A DNA stretch of 64,000 nt from a virus (taxonomy: Duplodnaviria; Caudoviricetes). Position 1 is the stretch's first letter, and every line of letters begins with the position of its first letter. The notes under the pieces were generated by a model, which saw only the letters and a program-made list of their open reading frames with translations, ran no database searches and had not been told where the DNA came from. The translations under genes were made by a program, and so were the position numbers. This document shows positions 1 through 9,494 of this stretch, piece after piece. The DNA lies in IMG/VR virus record IMGVR_UViG_3300021399_000119, positions 51,544 to 115,543 of that record; one strand, 5' to 3'.

Positions 1-2
1 TT

Positions 3-275
3 TTATTTTTCTTCTCCTGTGTTTTCTTTTTTACGCAAAGTCAAAAGAATATTATTTGTAGCTTTTCCTGTTTTTAAAGAAACTCCATTACCCATATAAA
101 TAATATCTTTAATATGTGAAGCTTTAAAATGATAATTAACCCAAATTGTATCAAATGGTAATATAACATAATCTTTATTTAAACCTGGGACGAACCAGCC
201 TCTATATTGATCATTATCATCATCAATTAAAGTGACAGCTTGGTATAAAGCAAATTCAATTAAATCTTTTTTCAT
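3..275 (-). CDS. hypothetical phage protein
   Basis: 90-aa ORF with GAGGA RBS directly downstream of the promoter at 302-330. Confidence 0.7.
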   Translation of the reverse strand: MKKDLIEFALYQAVTLIDDDNDQYRGWFVPGLNKDYVILPFDTIWVNYHFKASHIKDIIYMGNGVSLKTGKATNNILLTLRKKENTGEEK

Positions 276-301
276 GACTTTTCCTCTCTTTGTATACCTA
301 T

Positions 302-330
302 ATTATACTATATTTTTATTATAATGTCAA
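302..330 (-). promoter_or_regulatory. sigma70/sigmaA-type promoter
   Basis: TTGACA-17 nt-TATAAT on the minus strand with an A/T-rich upstream tract. Confidence 0.85.
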
Positions 331-348
331 GAAAATTTTAAAAAATTT

Positions 349-585
349 TTAAAAGCAACCTTGTTTGGAGTCAGGATAATCTGTAGAAGACGAAGCTAAA
401 TTTCCCATATCTTCGTCGTAGGTTCTTGTGTCTACAAATTCTCTTGGTTCGTCATAATTAGTTCCAAAAACTTTATTGTAAGCTTGAGTAAAAGTTAACT
501 CTGGATGCTTACGTCTATACAAATCAACTTTTCGACGTATTTTACGATTTGTAAAAGGAATAGTATTATAATGTGGATTAAACAT
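349..585 (-). CDS. hypothetical protein
   Basis: 78-aa ORF coupled to the upstream gene. Confidence 0.6.
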   Translation of the reverse strand: MFNPHYNTIPFTNRKIRRKVDLYRRKHPELTFTQAYNKVFGTNYDEPREFVDTRTYDEDMGNLASSSTDYPDSKQGCF

Positions 586-1099
586 TTTTATCTTCCTCGA
601 ATAACCTTTGTAGTCTTTTCATTAAAGAAGGAGATTTAAGTTGCACTTCTTTAAATTCAACATTTAAAGTTGGGTCATTTAATATCTCTAAATTTGTTAA
701 AACTCTCAGTATGGCATTAAAGTCTGAAGAATTAATACAAAATTTCATAATCGAAATAATAATTTCTTCATGAAAATCAACTCCATCAAAATTATAAGTG
801 TTTGCGAATATTAATCCTTCGAGTAAGTCTTTTAATAAGCGCACATCTTTGGTATCATAAAATAATTGAAGGATATTCTTAAATACCTCTTTGTTTTCTT
901 GATATAGACAAGATAAAAACCAAATAACAGCATTTCCAGCATTATCACTTTCACGCGAACACAAAAGCAAATTCTTAATAATATTAAAAAGAGTATTTTC
1001 ATATTGCTCTTTATCTATATATGTTTGAATAATATCTTCTTTTATGCCATCTGCATAATATACATTATCCAAATAATACTGTATATCTTTTACCTTCAT
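578..1099 (-). CDS. hypothetical alpha-helical protein
   Basis: 173-aa ORF in a tightly packed operon. Confidence 0.7.
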   Translation of the reverse strand: MKVKDIQYYLDNVYYADGIKEDIIQTYIDKEQYENTLFNIIKNLLLCSRESDNAGNAVIWFLSCLYQENKEVFKNILQLFYDTKDVRLLKDLLEGLIFANTYNFDGVDFHEEIIISIMKFCINSSDFNAILRVLTNLEILNDPTLNVEFKEVQLKSPSLMKRLQRLFEEDKNV

Positions 1100-1109
1100 T
1101 TTTATTATC

Positions 1110-1631
1110 CTACTTTCCGAGAGTATACGTTAAATTTTCTAAAGTTTCATCAGTTATCGATTGATATGCTGGACAAATAAACCAGTTTACCCAAGGGTTA
1201 TTTAAATTATATTGATTTTTTTTAACGTTTATTTTAAAATCATATATTTTTTTATTATAATCATTGACCTTAGCATAATAATTTTCAGTTGAAATGACTT
1301 CAAAAGTTATATCACTTGTAAAAGTTGTTTTTTCTCCGTCATTAACTACATGATAACTTTCTAATATATTTTTTTCATTTTGAAATAAAGTAATTTGTTC
1401 TGTTAATTCATACTCTTTAACTTGGATATGATATTTATTATGTTCTACAAGGCAAATAGCTCCGCAAATACACACTGCAAAAAGAAAAATCATTCCAAGA
1501 GTTCCAAAAACCATTTTTTCTCCTTCGTAATCACTCCACCAACCAGAATGTCCAAAATCAACAACGAAAAAATAAATAAACAAAAATAAATTTATTAAAA
1601 AGAAGGCACTTAATATAATTATAATTATCAT
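1110..1631 (-). CDS. membrane protein (paralog of 44958-45488)
   Basis: Two N-terminal hydrophobic helices; NPWVNWFICPAY motif shared with 44958-45488; start moved to MIIII. Confidence 0.75.
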   Translation of the reverse strand: MIIIIILSAFFLINLFLFIYFFVVDFGHSGWWSDYEGEKMVFGTLGMIFLFAVCICGAICLVEHNKYHIQVKEYELTEQITLFQNEKNILESYHVVNDGEKTTFTSDITFEVISTENYYAKVNDYNKKIYDFKINVKKNQYNLNNPWVNWFICPAYQSITDETLENLTYTLGK

Positions 1632-2035
1632 AATTTTTCTCCGCATAAATCATATAATACAAAATAAGTTATAGTTGAAAAAGTATTACCAACTAGCTCA
1701 TCTTCTGCTTTTAGCTCTCCAAGAGTTTCTAATTTTGGATAATTATTGTATCCAGCTTTTCTCCAAGCTGCACCGTATATCCCAACAATAGGATTGTTGC
1801 TCGGAATATCTTGAGCTAAAATATGAAGTTCTTCTTGTATTTCATATAATGAAAAAGCCGTATAAGGTTTTTCATCATGTTGTCTTACTATGATCCATAA
1901 GTCACATAATTCTTTTGGGTCACTTACAGGACCTTTAATAACTTGATTTGGACTGATGCATGGCAAATCTAATACATCTGCAGCATCATCATATTTAATT
2001 ACTTGTCCGCCATCTGTTAATACATATTTAATCAT
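1628..2035 (-). CDS. hypothetical protein (paralog of 12443-12943)
   Basis: Shared pattern KYVLTDGGQVI / ELCD / YGAAW; start moved to MIKY. Confidence 0.7.
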   Translation of the reverse strand: MIKYVLTDGGQVIKYDDAADVLDLPCISPNQVIKGPVSDPKELCDLWIIVRQHDEKPYTAFSLYEIQEELHILAQDIPSNNPIVGIYGAAWRKAGYNNYPKLETLGELKAEDELVGNTFSTITYFVLYDLCGEKL

Positions 2036-2045
2036 TTTTTGTTCT

Positions 2046-2327
2046 CTACTTTCTTTCACAATTTTCTAAAACGCTAGCAGGAGTTTCTCCTCTTTTGTAA
2101 GCTTCAATTATTTCTCTATCTTTGGGGTTCATACCAGAGCTACTTTTTGTAGGATATTTGAATTTTTCTTTCATCTTAATTTTTCTTTCGTAGCATTCGC
2201 ATTTTTTGCTTCCACCCATGAATAGAGGCCAAGGGATTTCTTCTTCTGTTAAATCACAAACAGCATACATGATATCCAAACCTACCCAGCTTATATTTTT
2301 ACAATTTGTACAATGTTCTCTTCCCAT
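2046..2327 (-). CDS. Cys-rich hypothetical protein
   Basis: CxxC..C..C; GGAGG RBS. Confidence 0.7.
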   Translation of the reverse strand: MGREHCTNCKNISWVGLDIMYAVCDLTEEEIPWPLFMGGSKKCECYERKIKMKEKFKYPTKSSSGMNPKDREIIEAYKRGETPASVLENCERK

Positions 2328-2353
2328 TTTATTTCCTCCTCTTCCTAACGTAA

Positions 2354-2548
2354 TTATTTAAAGCATTCAACAATTTTTTGTTTTAAATCATAAAGGTCGT
2401 TTCTACTTATAAAGAAAAAACCATCACTAAGATAACCATTCATAGAATCCAATAGATTCTCGCCAAGATTAAAAAGTATTGTAAGAAGAGTTTGCTCTTC
2501 TTTTGTTAATTTATTAGAGTCAATTTGATCCATTATATTATACCTCAT
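2354..2548 (-). CDS. hypothetical protein
   Basis: ORF from MRYNIM. Confidence 0.55.
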   Translation of the reverse strand: MRYNIMDQIDSNKLTKEEQTLLTILFNLGENLLDSMNGYLSDGFFFISRNDLYDLKQKIVECFK

Positions 2549-2552
2549 TACA

Positions 2553-2918
2553 TTATTTAAGTTCCTCTTTGGTAAGAGCCCAAGTTTTACCATAACCAAC
2601 TGGCCCTATGAATGGCAAACTAACGCCATGAATAGGAATATTGATTCTATATTTTTCCAAACTTAAAAAAGAACCATCAATATATCCATAATCTTTTGTA
2701 TAAATTCCATAAAGCAATGCATTACAACCTATTTGTAAATCAAGGCCTAATTTTTCCTCTTTATCTTCCAATTGGCCAAGCTTTCTATAACATTCTAAAT
2801 CTGTAACGTCTCGTTTTTCAACATAATCTCCTTCAGAATATTTTGATCCTGAAGGTCTAGTTGGATTAAAAAGTTTAATTTCAGATTTTGTAATTGGTCT
2901 TGTTAATCTTTCTTGCAT
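2553..2918 (-). CDS. WALT-motif family phage protein
   Basis: KLGQLED..LGLDL and C-terminal YGKTWALTKEELK. Confidence 0.75.
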   Translation of the reverse strand: MQERLTRPITKSEIKLFNPTRPSGSKYSEGDYVEKRDVTDLECYRKLGQLEDKEEKLGLDLQIGCNALLYGIYTKDYGYIDGSFLSLEKYRINIPIHGVSLPFIGPVGYGKTWALTKEELK

Positions 2919-3307
2919 AGTAATTCCTCTTCTGTCAGCGCCCATGTAATGCCTATATCTTTAGTATCAAATTGTTTATATACAATTTGTGCTCTTACAA
3001 TACGCCCATTCTCAATATCTTTCATGAAGTCCCAGTCTAATTGTCTGTATACAAAAATTTTCTTTTTGTCAATTTTATAAACATCTCCTCGAACTATTTC
3101 TCCAGAAGGAGTTTTATAATATATTCCAAACTTTAATATTTTATCTACCTTATCAAAGCTAATACCATTTTCTTCTTCCCAAGACTTGTATTGTAATAAT
3201 TCTTGTAGAATTTGGTGACTAATTTGTTTTCCAGCTATTCTACCTAATGCAATGTATTGATTAGATGCTACAATTTTTAAGATATCGTCTTTTGTTAATC
3301 TGTCCAT
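2903..3307 (-). CDS. WALT-motif family phage protein
   Basis: C-terminal DIGITWALTEEEL. Confidence 0.75.
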   Translation of the reverse strand: MDRLTKDDILKIVASNQYIALGRIAGKQISHQILQELLQYKSWEEENGISFDKVDKILKFGIYYKTPSGEIVRGDVYKIDKKKIFVYRQLDWDFMKDIENGRIVRAQIVYKQFDTKDIGITWALTEEELLCKKD

Positions 3308-3480
3308 GTTTGTCTGCGACCTCGAATCTTTACTTTAGCTACAACGTCGCCTCTATAATTTATTATAGTAGTTTTACGACGTGCATATAAATCATGGATA
3401 TTAATGCTTTCTAATACTCTTCTAGCTTCATTTTCGGTAAAAGGTCTAAATTTTTTACTAAATTTAATTATTATTTTCAT
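3295..3480 (-). CDS. small basic hypothetical protein
   Basis: 61-aa ORF overlapping both neighbours. Confidence 0.55.
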   Translation of the reverse strand: MKIIIKFSKKFRPFTENEARRVLESINIHDLYARRKTTIINYRGDVVAKVKIRGRRQTWTD

Positions 3481-3694
3481 ATGTCAATTCTCCGATTTTT
3501 TCTGGATCAAATAATCTTAATTGTTTTCCTACATTATATTTTTTAATTTCAGCGCCACTAGAACGATAATATATTTTTCCATCTTGGTCTCCGCCATTTA
3601 CAGTGACGGTCATAAGTTTTGGATTTACTACAACACCATTACAGATAACATCTGTATGTCCTTTATCTACATGTTTTATTCTTATCAATAACAT
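3464..3694 (-). CDS. hypothetical protein
   Basis: 76-aa ORF with RBS. Confidence 0.6.
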   Translation of the reverse strand: MLLIRIKHVDKGHTDVICNGVVVNPKLMTVTVNGGDQDGKIYYRSSGAEIKKYNVGKQLRLFDPEKIGELTYENNN

Positions 3695-3695
3695 T

Positions 3696-4082
3696 TTAAT
3701 TCTCCTTATGTTCTGCCAATTTTAATACACTAAAAAAGTATTCTAATGATACTGCTAAAGCATCTAAATCTTTTATGCTTTTAATTTTTTCTTCTTCTAC
3801 AATAGTTTTTCCTCTTGTCGAAATAAAAGTAAATATCCTAATCTTTTCATCAAATATTTCTATATCAAAATCTTTGGCTTGAAAAGATATTCCTCCATCA
3901 AAATGAAGTGGAAAAATAGCAAAAGGAAAACTACCATAATTTAACATTATATACCCAGCAATCATTTTAGCTAAATCTATTGCTTTACCATTGATAATTT
4001 CTGCATCATAAGAATCCCAACCTTTTTCTAATTCATAAAAGCTGTCTAATTCTGTTTTAATTTCTTCTAACGTATTATACAT
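3696..4082 (-). CDS. hypothetical protein (GWDSYDA motif)
   Basis: 128-aa ORF with an L..GWDSY.A motif. Confidence 0.7.
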   Translation of the reverse strand: MYNTLEEIKTELDSFYELEKGWDSYDAEIINGKAIDLAKMIAGYIMLNYGSFPFAIFPLHFDGGISFQAKDFDIEIFDEKIRIFTFISTRGKTIVEEEKIKSIKDLDALAVSLEYFFSVLKLAEHKEN

Positions 4083-4424
4083 TTACCATTCTCCTTTTGA
4101 ATCTGGATCTTTTTGATAACAAGATTTATTTAATTGTTTCCAAGTTAATTTTGTAAAAGCTTTTAAAACTTCTTCAAAATTTTCTATATAGTCGCCTTCA
4201 TTAAAATCTTCAAAGCAACCATAGTTGCCTGTAATTCTATGCGTTTTTTTATTTACAGAACAATATAAAGTTGTAGGAATATTCATACCGCCAAAACCAT
4301 CATAGCTTGGCATGCCATAATAATAAAAGCAGTGTTCAGTGTTAGTGTTACAGTATACAGGGTCATCCCAAGTAGAATGAGTATTTAATCCTTCAATAAA
4401 TTCTTTGCTTGTTATTGTTTTCAT
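4083..4424 (-). CDS. hypothetical protein
   Basis: 113-aa ORF. Confidence 0.7.
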   Translation of the reverse strand: MKTITSKEFIEGLNTHSTWDDPVYCNTNTEHCFYYYGMPSYDGFGGMNIPTTLYCSVNKKTHRITGNYGCFEDFNEGDYIENFEEVLKAFTKLTWKQLNKSCYQKDPDSKGEW

Positions 4425-4442
4425 CTTGCATTCCTTTATAAA

Positions 4443-4874
4443 CTATACTCCAAAATTTTCTTTTATTTTATCATACCAAGTATCTATAAACTTAATATAT
4501 TTTCCTTTTCTTTTATAATCTCTATACAATTTAACGTTTATTGCGACATGGCTTCCATAAGGACCAAAAGCAGTACCAAAAATAATAGAACTATTTTCTT
4601 TATTTGACAAATCAAATTCAAAAATTAATGTTCTTTGCCATTGATAAGAGGCTTCTGTACCAATCATCATAACATCTTCATTTAACCAACCAAAATCACA
4701 TCCATCAACATCTATAGCTAAACAAGAAAATAATTTTGTGTAATTCTTGCTAACTCGTTGTAATGTTTTATATTGATTTCTATTTAATTTACCAAGATCA
4801 TTGTCTAAATTAAAATCAGTTCCTATAGAACGTCCTAAACAAAGGCTGTTTGCACATCCAATTCTATATCTCAT
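4443..4874 (-). CDS. hypothetical protein
   Basis: 143-aa ORF with ATGA overlap. Confidence 0.7.
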   Translation of the reverse strand: MRYRIGCANSLCLGRSIGTDFNLDNDLGKLNRNQYKTLQRVSKNYTKLFSCLAIDVDGCDFGWLNEDVMMIGTEASYQWQRTLIFEFDLSNKENSSIIFGTAFGPYGSHVAINVKLYRDYKRKGKYIKFIDTWYDKIKENFGV

Positions 4875-5347
4875 TTTTCTACCTCAACCATTTGATCAAT
4901 TAATTTTGTAGTATTTATAACTGCTTTTTGTAAAATATCCATGTTGAATTCAAGAGGTCTTATTTCTCCACTCCTAGCTTTACCAGCACAAACACAATCA
5001 ACTATTGTTTCAATAATATCTAGTAGATTAATATCATCATGACAATAACTAAATGGGTGATGTTTTTCTTCGTGGATATGTTTTTGATACCAATCTCCAC
5101 TTACAAAATCTTTTCCTTCATTCATCGTTGCTAAGAAATCTTTATAAAATTCTTCTTCATAAGCAATTTTAGTAAAATCATGAGAAATACCTTTTAAAGT
5201 TAATTCAGTTCCAAGAACACGCATTACTCTTTTTACATCTGATATATGAGAAAGATTTGCCTCATGAAACTGTTTAAAAGAAATATTTTTCAGAGCAGTT
5301 CTTGTATCCCCATTTGGATTAGTTTTAATTTTAATTTTATTATTCAT
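4871..5347 (-). CDS. HD-like (DUF5662-like) phosphohydrolase
   Basis: H..DV...HDFTK...HIHEEKHHP...DIIETIVD; similar to 26044-26526. Confidence 0.6.
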   Translation of the reverse strand: MNNKIKIKTNPNGDTRTALKNISFKQFHEANLSHISDVKRVMRVLGTELTLKGISHDFTKIAYEEEFYKDFLATMNEGKDFVSGDWYQKHIHEEKHHPFSYCHDDINLLDIIETIVDCVCAGKARSGEIRPLEFNMDILQKAVINTTKLIDQMVEVEK

Positions 5348-5384
5348 TGTGTTTCTTTCCTTTCATAAAAATAAAATTCGCATT

Positions 5385-5825
5385 TTATTCGAAAACTTTT
5401 CTTTCAACTTCTTTGTCTAATTCAGCTTTAATAGCATCCCAATCAATTGTAACGTATTTTGATTTTGATTCGCCAACGGTAGCTTTTGTAAGTTCGAATG
5501 TTTTAAAGACAGAATCATCTTGTTCTCCCTCACAGCGGCAAAAATCAAGTCTAACTAAATCATATAAAGGACAGTCTATGCAATATGTTTCTCTACAAGT
5601 AAAATCTCCGAATTTCTTTTTTACTACAATTTTCTCGGGAACTACTTTTTCCCAGTCTAAATAATATAATTTATCAAACCCAATACATGTATTATGATTA
5701 TATGCTATCAAACAATCTGTTTTAACTTCATAAATTTTAGAATCTTTAGGAAATTTAATTTGGTCTCCTACGTTTAAATCAAAAGCCCTTAATATTCTTT
5801 GTTGTTTTTCTTTAAAATCTAACAT
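5385..5825 (-). CDS. hypothetical protein, SH3-like N-terminus plus Cys cluster (paralog of 9018-9494)
   Basis: LNVGDQIK...DW...KKFGDFTC....CIDCPL...C. Confidence 0.7.
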   Translation of the reverse strand: MLDFKEKQQRILRAFDLNVGDQIKFPKDSKIYEVKTDCLIAYNHNTCIGFDKLYYLDWEKVVPEKIVVKKKFGDFTCRETYCIDCPLYDLVRLDFCRCEGEQDDSVFKTFELTKATVGESKSKYVTIDWDAIKAELDKEVERKVFE

Positions 5826-5863
5826 ATTATAATACCTCTTTCAAAATAAAAATGCCATTTTAT

Positions 5864-6154
5864 TTATTTTCTAATTTTTATTGTGCCTCTTCCTTCGAGG
5901 TCATCGAAATCAAGGTCAACCTCATAATGCTTGTTTTGTTGTTCTTTATAATCAAATTCAAAATATAAATTATCCCTATTTAACTCAATATATTGAAAAG
6001 GAGTCAGAGGACTAATATATACCTTATTATAAGCTTCTTTTATTTCTGTATAACTAATGTTATTGTTTAATATAAAACTTATTATTTCTGATGCATCATC
6101 TCTTTGTAAAAAATCTGCACACTTTTTAAGTAATTCTCTTTCTTGATTTTCCAT
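5864..6154 (-). CDS. hypothetical protein
   Basis: 96-aa ORF following the promoter at 6221-6249. Confidence 0.7.
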   Translation of the reverse strand: MENQERELLKKCADFLQRDDASEIISFILNNNISYTEIKEAYNKVYISPLTPFQYIELNRDNLYFEFDYKEQQNKHYEVDLDFDDLEGRGTIKIRK

Positions 6155-6220
6155 TGTTTTTACCCCTTATTATTTCTGGATTTTGTATTTCTCGATAAAA
6201 TAATCCTTTTATACAATAAT

Positions 6221-6249
6221 ATTATAGCATATTAGTTTACACATGTCAA
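6221..6249 (-). promoter_or_regulatory. sigma70-type promoter with extended -10
   Basis: TTGACA-17-TATAAT with TGn. Confidence 0.85.
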
Positions 6250-6282
6250 GAAAAATTTAAAAAATTTTTTTTACACTTAAGC

Positions 6283-6308
6283 AAAAAAAGAGAAAGTTTT
6301 ACTTTCTC
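6283..6308 (-). terminator. rho-independent terminator
   Basis: GAGAAAG/CTTTCTC hairpin followed by a U-tract on the minus strand, right after a stop codon. Confidence 0.6.
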
Positions 6309-6575
6309 CTATTTGTCTTCATGTTCCCAACTGTAAGCTATTTGACTTGCTTTCTCTGTTGCTTCTTCTGCTGTTTTAAAGAAATGATAATTAATGTCAG
6401 GAACATCTGGAACCCAACTTCCATAATATTTAATCACTTCTATAACCATGAAACAATCACTATTTATAAGGTCCAACGCATGAACAGATTTCATAATTAT
6501 ACAATCATTTCCATATGTTTTAAGTTCCTTATAAAATAATTCATGTCTAAAATATTCTTGTTTTTTTCGTTCCAT
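6309..6575 (-). CDS. hypothetical protein
   Basis: 88-aa ORF with GAGG RBS. Confidence 0.7.
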   Translation of the reverse strand: MERKKQEYFRHELFYKELKTYGNDCIIMKSVHALDLINSDCFMVIEVIKYYGSWVPDVPDINYHFFKTAEEATEKASQIAYSWEHEDK

Positions 6576-6587
6576 TGTTTTTACCTC

Positions 6588-7190
6588 TTAATAAGTTCTT
6601 ATAATTCTTGGTTCTCCTAAGTAATCACAAACAAGATCCCCGAAAAACTTTAACGCCATCCCTTCACGATAAACATTTATATAAGTAGATACGCCATCAA
6701 AACCACGAACGACTGTATCAGTTGTTTCATAACTCCAATATTGTTCGTCTTTGTCTATGTATTCGTCAGTCAGAGTGTTTTGAATCCATTCTTCTGTTTT
6801 TTCTCTTAAACAAGGAGCATCACTATCAAACCAACCGATCCTATCTCTTTCAACATTTGCTCCGAAAGAATAATGATGGTATGCCATACAATGATGTTTA
6901 TAATCGCCATCTTGAAGTTTCTCCACTAATTCAAACCAAACAGTATCATGAAACGAATATCCATCTGAGGCTGTAAAAGTTCCAGTGATCGCTTCTTTTT
7001 CAAGTATTGTGATTTCTTTTTTCTCAACAAAATAATCTAACATTTGATTAAGGCATTCGTCCCCTGTATTCCAAGCAGCTTCATTTTGATTATCTCTAAT
7101 TGATATTCTAATTGCGCAATCATGTTTTTTGGCAATTTCATATAAGTCAACTAGCGTATCCATATGAGCAGTAGTAAAATCTAAAAGCAT
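6588..7190 (-). CDS. hypothetical protein
   Basis: 200-aa ORF with GGAG RBS. Confidence 0.75.
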   Translation of the reverse strand: MLLDFTTAHMDTLVDLYEIAKKHDCAIRISIRDNQNEAAWNTGDECLNQMLDYFVEKKEITILEKEAITGTFTASDGYSFHDTVWFELVEKLQDGDYKHHCMAYHHYSFGANVERDRIGWFDSDAPCLREKTEEWIQNTLTDEYIDKDEQYWSYETTDTVVRGFDGVSTYINVYREGMALKFFGDLVCDYLGEPRIIRTY

Positions 7191-7215
7191 AATTTTCTCC
7201 TATAAAACCACGATT

Positions 7216-7467
7216 TTATTTAGTCACTTCAGCTGATTGGATAAAATTAACAATATATACTGTTAAAAATTCAAGCATAGCTTCTTTAAAATCTTCTTCT
7301 TCCATAAATTCTGAAGGAGGGATAGAACCATTTTCGCTTACTAAGCCGCCGAAGTCCTCAACTTTTTTATATTTTTCATATAATTCAGGTATTATAACAT
7401 CTTCAAAACCAGTAGACTCTAGGTCTAAAAGATCTTCAATTAAATGTTCTTTATTAATTTTTGACAT
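7216..7467 (-). CDS. acidic hypothetical protein
   Basis: 83-aa ORF with GGAGG RBS. Confidence 0.7.
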   Translation of the reverse strand: MSKINKEHLIEDLLDLESTGFEDVIIPELYEKYKKVEDFGGLVSENGSIPPSEFMEEEDFKEAMLEFLTVYIVNFIQSAEVTK

Positions 7468-7479
7468 AAAGTTCCTCCT

Positions 7480-7668
7480 CTATTCTTTTTTAACTTCTAC
7501 TATTCTAGTTAATACATACTCTATATATGAATAACCAGGAGCACTAACTAAAGTTGTGGCACATAAAAGTTTAAAACCTTCTTGGGCAGCTTCTTCTAAT
7601 TGTTTTACTACTTCAGAGTCACTATTTTCATAACTGCGTATTAGTTTAACTTCTTCTTTAAATTCCAT
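7480..7668 (-). CDS. hypothetical protein (DUF4177-like pattern)
   Basis: LEEAAQEGFKL...YVLTR. Confidence 0.6.
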   Translation of the reverse strand: MEFKEEVKLIRSYENSDSEVVKQLEEAAQEGFKLLCATTLVSAPGYSYIEYVLTRIVEVKKE

Positions 7669-7681
7669 TGCTTCTTCCTCC

Positions 7682-7888
7682 TTATACTATTCTTAAGTCA
7701 TCATCTGCTGAAATGACAGTAAGTTCTTTTCCTTCTTCAAGATCAAAACTGTATAACATTTCTTTTTCAGCATAATCTACGCCTCTTTTTTCTACTTGTG
7801 TGATATCTGTTGTTATCATTTCGATAGATTGTCCATGATATTCAGTATAAGTAACTATTACATATAATTTTCTTTTTTCTTTTTCCAT
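7682..7888 (-). CDS. hypothetical protein
   Basis: 68-aa ORF with RBS. Confidence 0.65.
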   Translation of the reverse strand: MEKEKRKLYVIVTYTEYHGQSIEMITTDITQVEKRGVDYAEKEMLYSFDLEEGKELTVISADDDLRIV

Positions 7889-7907
7889 AATAAAACTCCT
7901 CTTTTAT

Positions 7908-8234
7908 TTATAAAACCACTGCTGTTTCATATAAATAAATATCTTCTAAAATTCGTTTTTCTTCATTATAAACACAAAGATATTTTTTATCATCATAACC
8001 AATAATTTTCCAAACTCTTTCTACCAGAGGGCCACTTTTTGACAGCATTCTCAATGCGCAAACAGCATCTCGCAAACTTTTATATTGCTTTTTTAAAAAT
8101 CCATCTTGGATAAGACTGTGAGTTTTTTTATCATAACGTGCCCAATAAATACGATATCCAGTGCATTCGTCTTCATAAAATAAAGATTGTGCCTTTTCTG
8201 CTTGGATTTGAAAATCATCATTTGTTTTTTCCAT
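7908..8234 (-). CDS. hypothetical protein
   Basis: 108-aa ORF. Confidence 0.7.
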   Translation of the reverse strand: MEKTNDDFQIQAEKAQSLFYEDECTGYRIYWARYDKKTHSLIQDGFLKKQYKSLRDAVCALRMLSKSGPLVERVWKIIGYDDKKYLCVYNEEKRILEDIYLYETAVVL

Positions 8235-8277
8235 ATATATTTACCTTTCTGTAATCATTATATTTCTTTTCTCTTTC

Positions 8278-8787
8278 TTATTTTATTTTTTCTTCTACGA
8301 CACATATCGTATCATTATGCCAACTTCCATGTGGTACAAGTAAAATTCTTTTAATTTTAAAACCATACTTTTTTCCTATTCCACCACTATTCCAACCAAA
8401 AGTAATTACCTTACCGCCTTTTCTAACAATACGAGCTATTTCTTTTTTATGATTACTCCAAAATGAATTTTTAGTGTCTTCTTGTGTAGTTTTTAAGCCA
8501 ACACTATCATAACATTCTTTAATTTGTCTTTGAGAATAAGGTGGATCATAAAGCACTCCATCAATTGAATTATCTTCAAATAACTTTAAAAAATCCAAAG
8601 CGTCTAAATGATAATCGGTATCAAATTTCGGATTCAAATCATTTGTAATATTAGCTGTTTTATTTTTATTGGCAAAAGGATCAATCCACAATTTATCTTT
8701 TTCAACTTCTTCAGCAAGTAATTCTTTAATAGGTTTAATATCGAAGGTATTACTATTAGGCATAGCCCATGTTCTATCAATTTGCAT
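8278..8787 (-). CDS. small adenine-specific methyltransferase
   Basis: IDPFA SAM-binding motif and DPPY catalytic motif. Confidence 0.85.
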   Translation of the reverse strand: MQIDRTWAMPNSNTFDIKPIKELLAEEVEKDKLWIDPFANKNKTANITNDLNPKFDTDYHLDALDFLKLFEDNSIDGVLYDPPYSQRQIKECYDSVGLKTTQEDTKNSFWSNHKKEIARIVRKGGKVITFGWNSGGIGKKYGFKIKRILLVPHGSWHNDTICVVEEKIK

Positions 8788-8884
8788 TTTTATTACTTCT
8801 CCTCGATTTCACGAATGTCTAATTTTAGATAATTTCTTCCTGATTATTTTGTTTTACAATAAAATAATCTTTTTATACACTAAT

Positions 8885-8913
8885 ATTATAGCATATCAGT
8901 TTATATATGTCAA
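8885..8913 (-). promoter_or_regulatory. sigma70-type promoter with extended -10
   Basis: TTGACA-17-TATAAT with TGn. Confidence 0.85.
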
Positions 8914-9017
8914 GAAAAATTTTAAAAAGTTTTTTAATATATAAAATTAATATATAAAAAAAAAGAATTTATTATCTATAATAAACTCTTTTGTAACTCT
9001 CTAACGAACTTTTGATT

Positions 9018-9494
9018 TTATTTTTCTCTTCCTAAATTTATCTTAACTTCAGATTCTAAATCAATAGAATCAATTTCTGCTTTAAATTCTGTCTTAACTT
9101 TTTCCAAATAATCTTTAAATGTCATAATTCTCTCATTATCACTAGAAGGACACGATACGTGGCACAACTCGCTTAAATAGCAACCAGCACAACTAATAAA
9201 ATCATCACAACGTAAATCTTTAAATTTCTTTATGTCTGTCCTTGCCCACTCACGATCAACAATAATTGATAATAAATAAGTGTTTGAATGATAACCGCCA
9301 TCTTTATTTTCTTCTTCCATCTCTAAATAATAATCATCTTCTGTCTCTCTTATAACAAAAATCTTGTTTGTATGGACATAATTTTTTTGAGTAACTTTTA
9401 TTCTATCTCCGACCCTCAATTCGAGACTTTCTAATAATTTTTTTTGTATTTCTTTTTTCACTATTCTTCTAACTCCTCTCTTGTCAATGCCCAC
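9018..9494 (-). CDS. hypothetical protein (paralog of 5385-5825)
   Basis: LRVGDRIK...EW...KKFKDLRC....CAGCYL..C. Confidence 0.7.
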   Translation of the reverse strand: MGIDKRGVRRIVKKEIQKKLLESLELRVGDRIKVTQKNYVHTNKIFVIRETEDDYYLEMEEENKDGGYHSNTYLLSIIVDREWARTDIKKFKDLRCDDFISCAGCYLSELCHVSCPSSDNERIMTFKDYLEKVKTEFKAEIDSIDLESEVKINLGREK

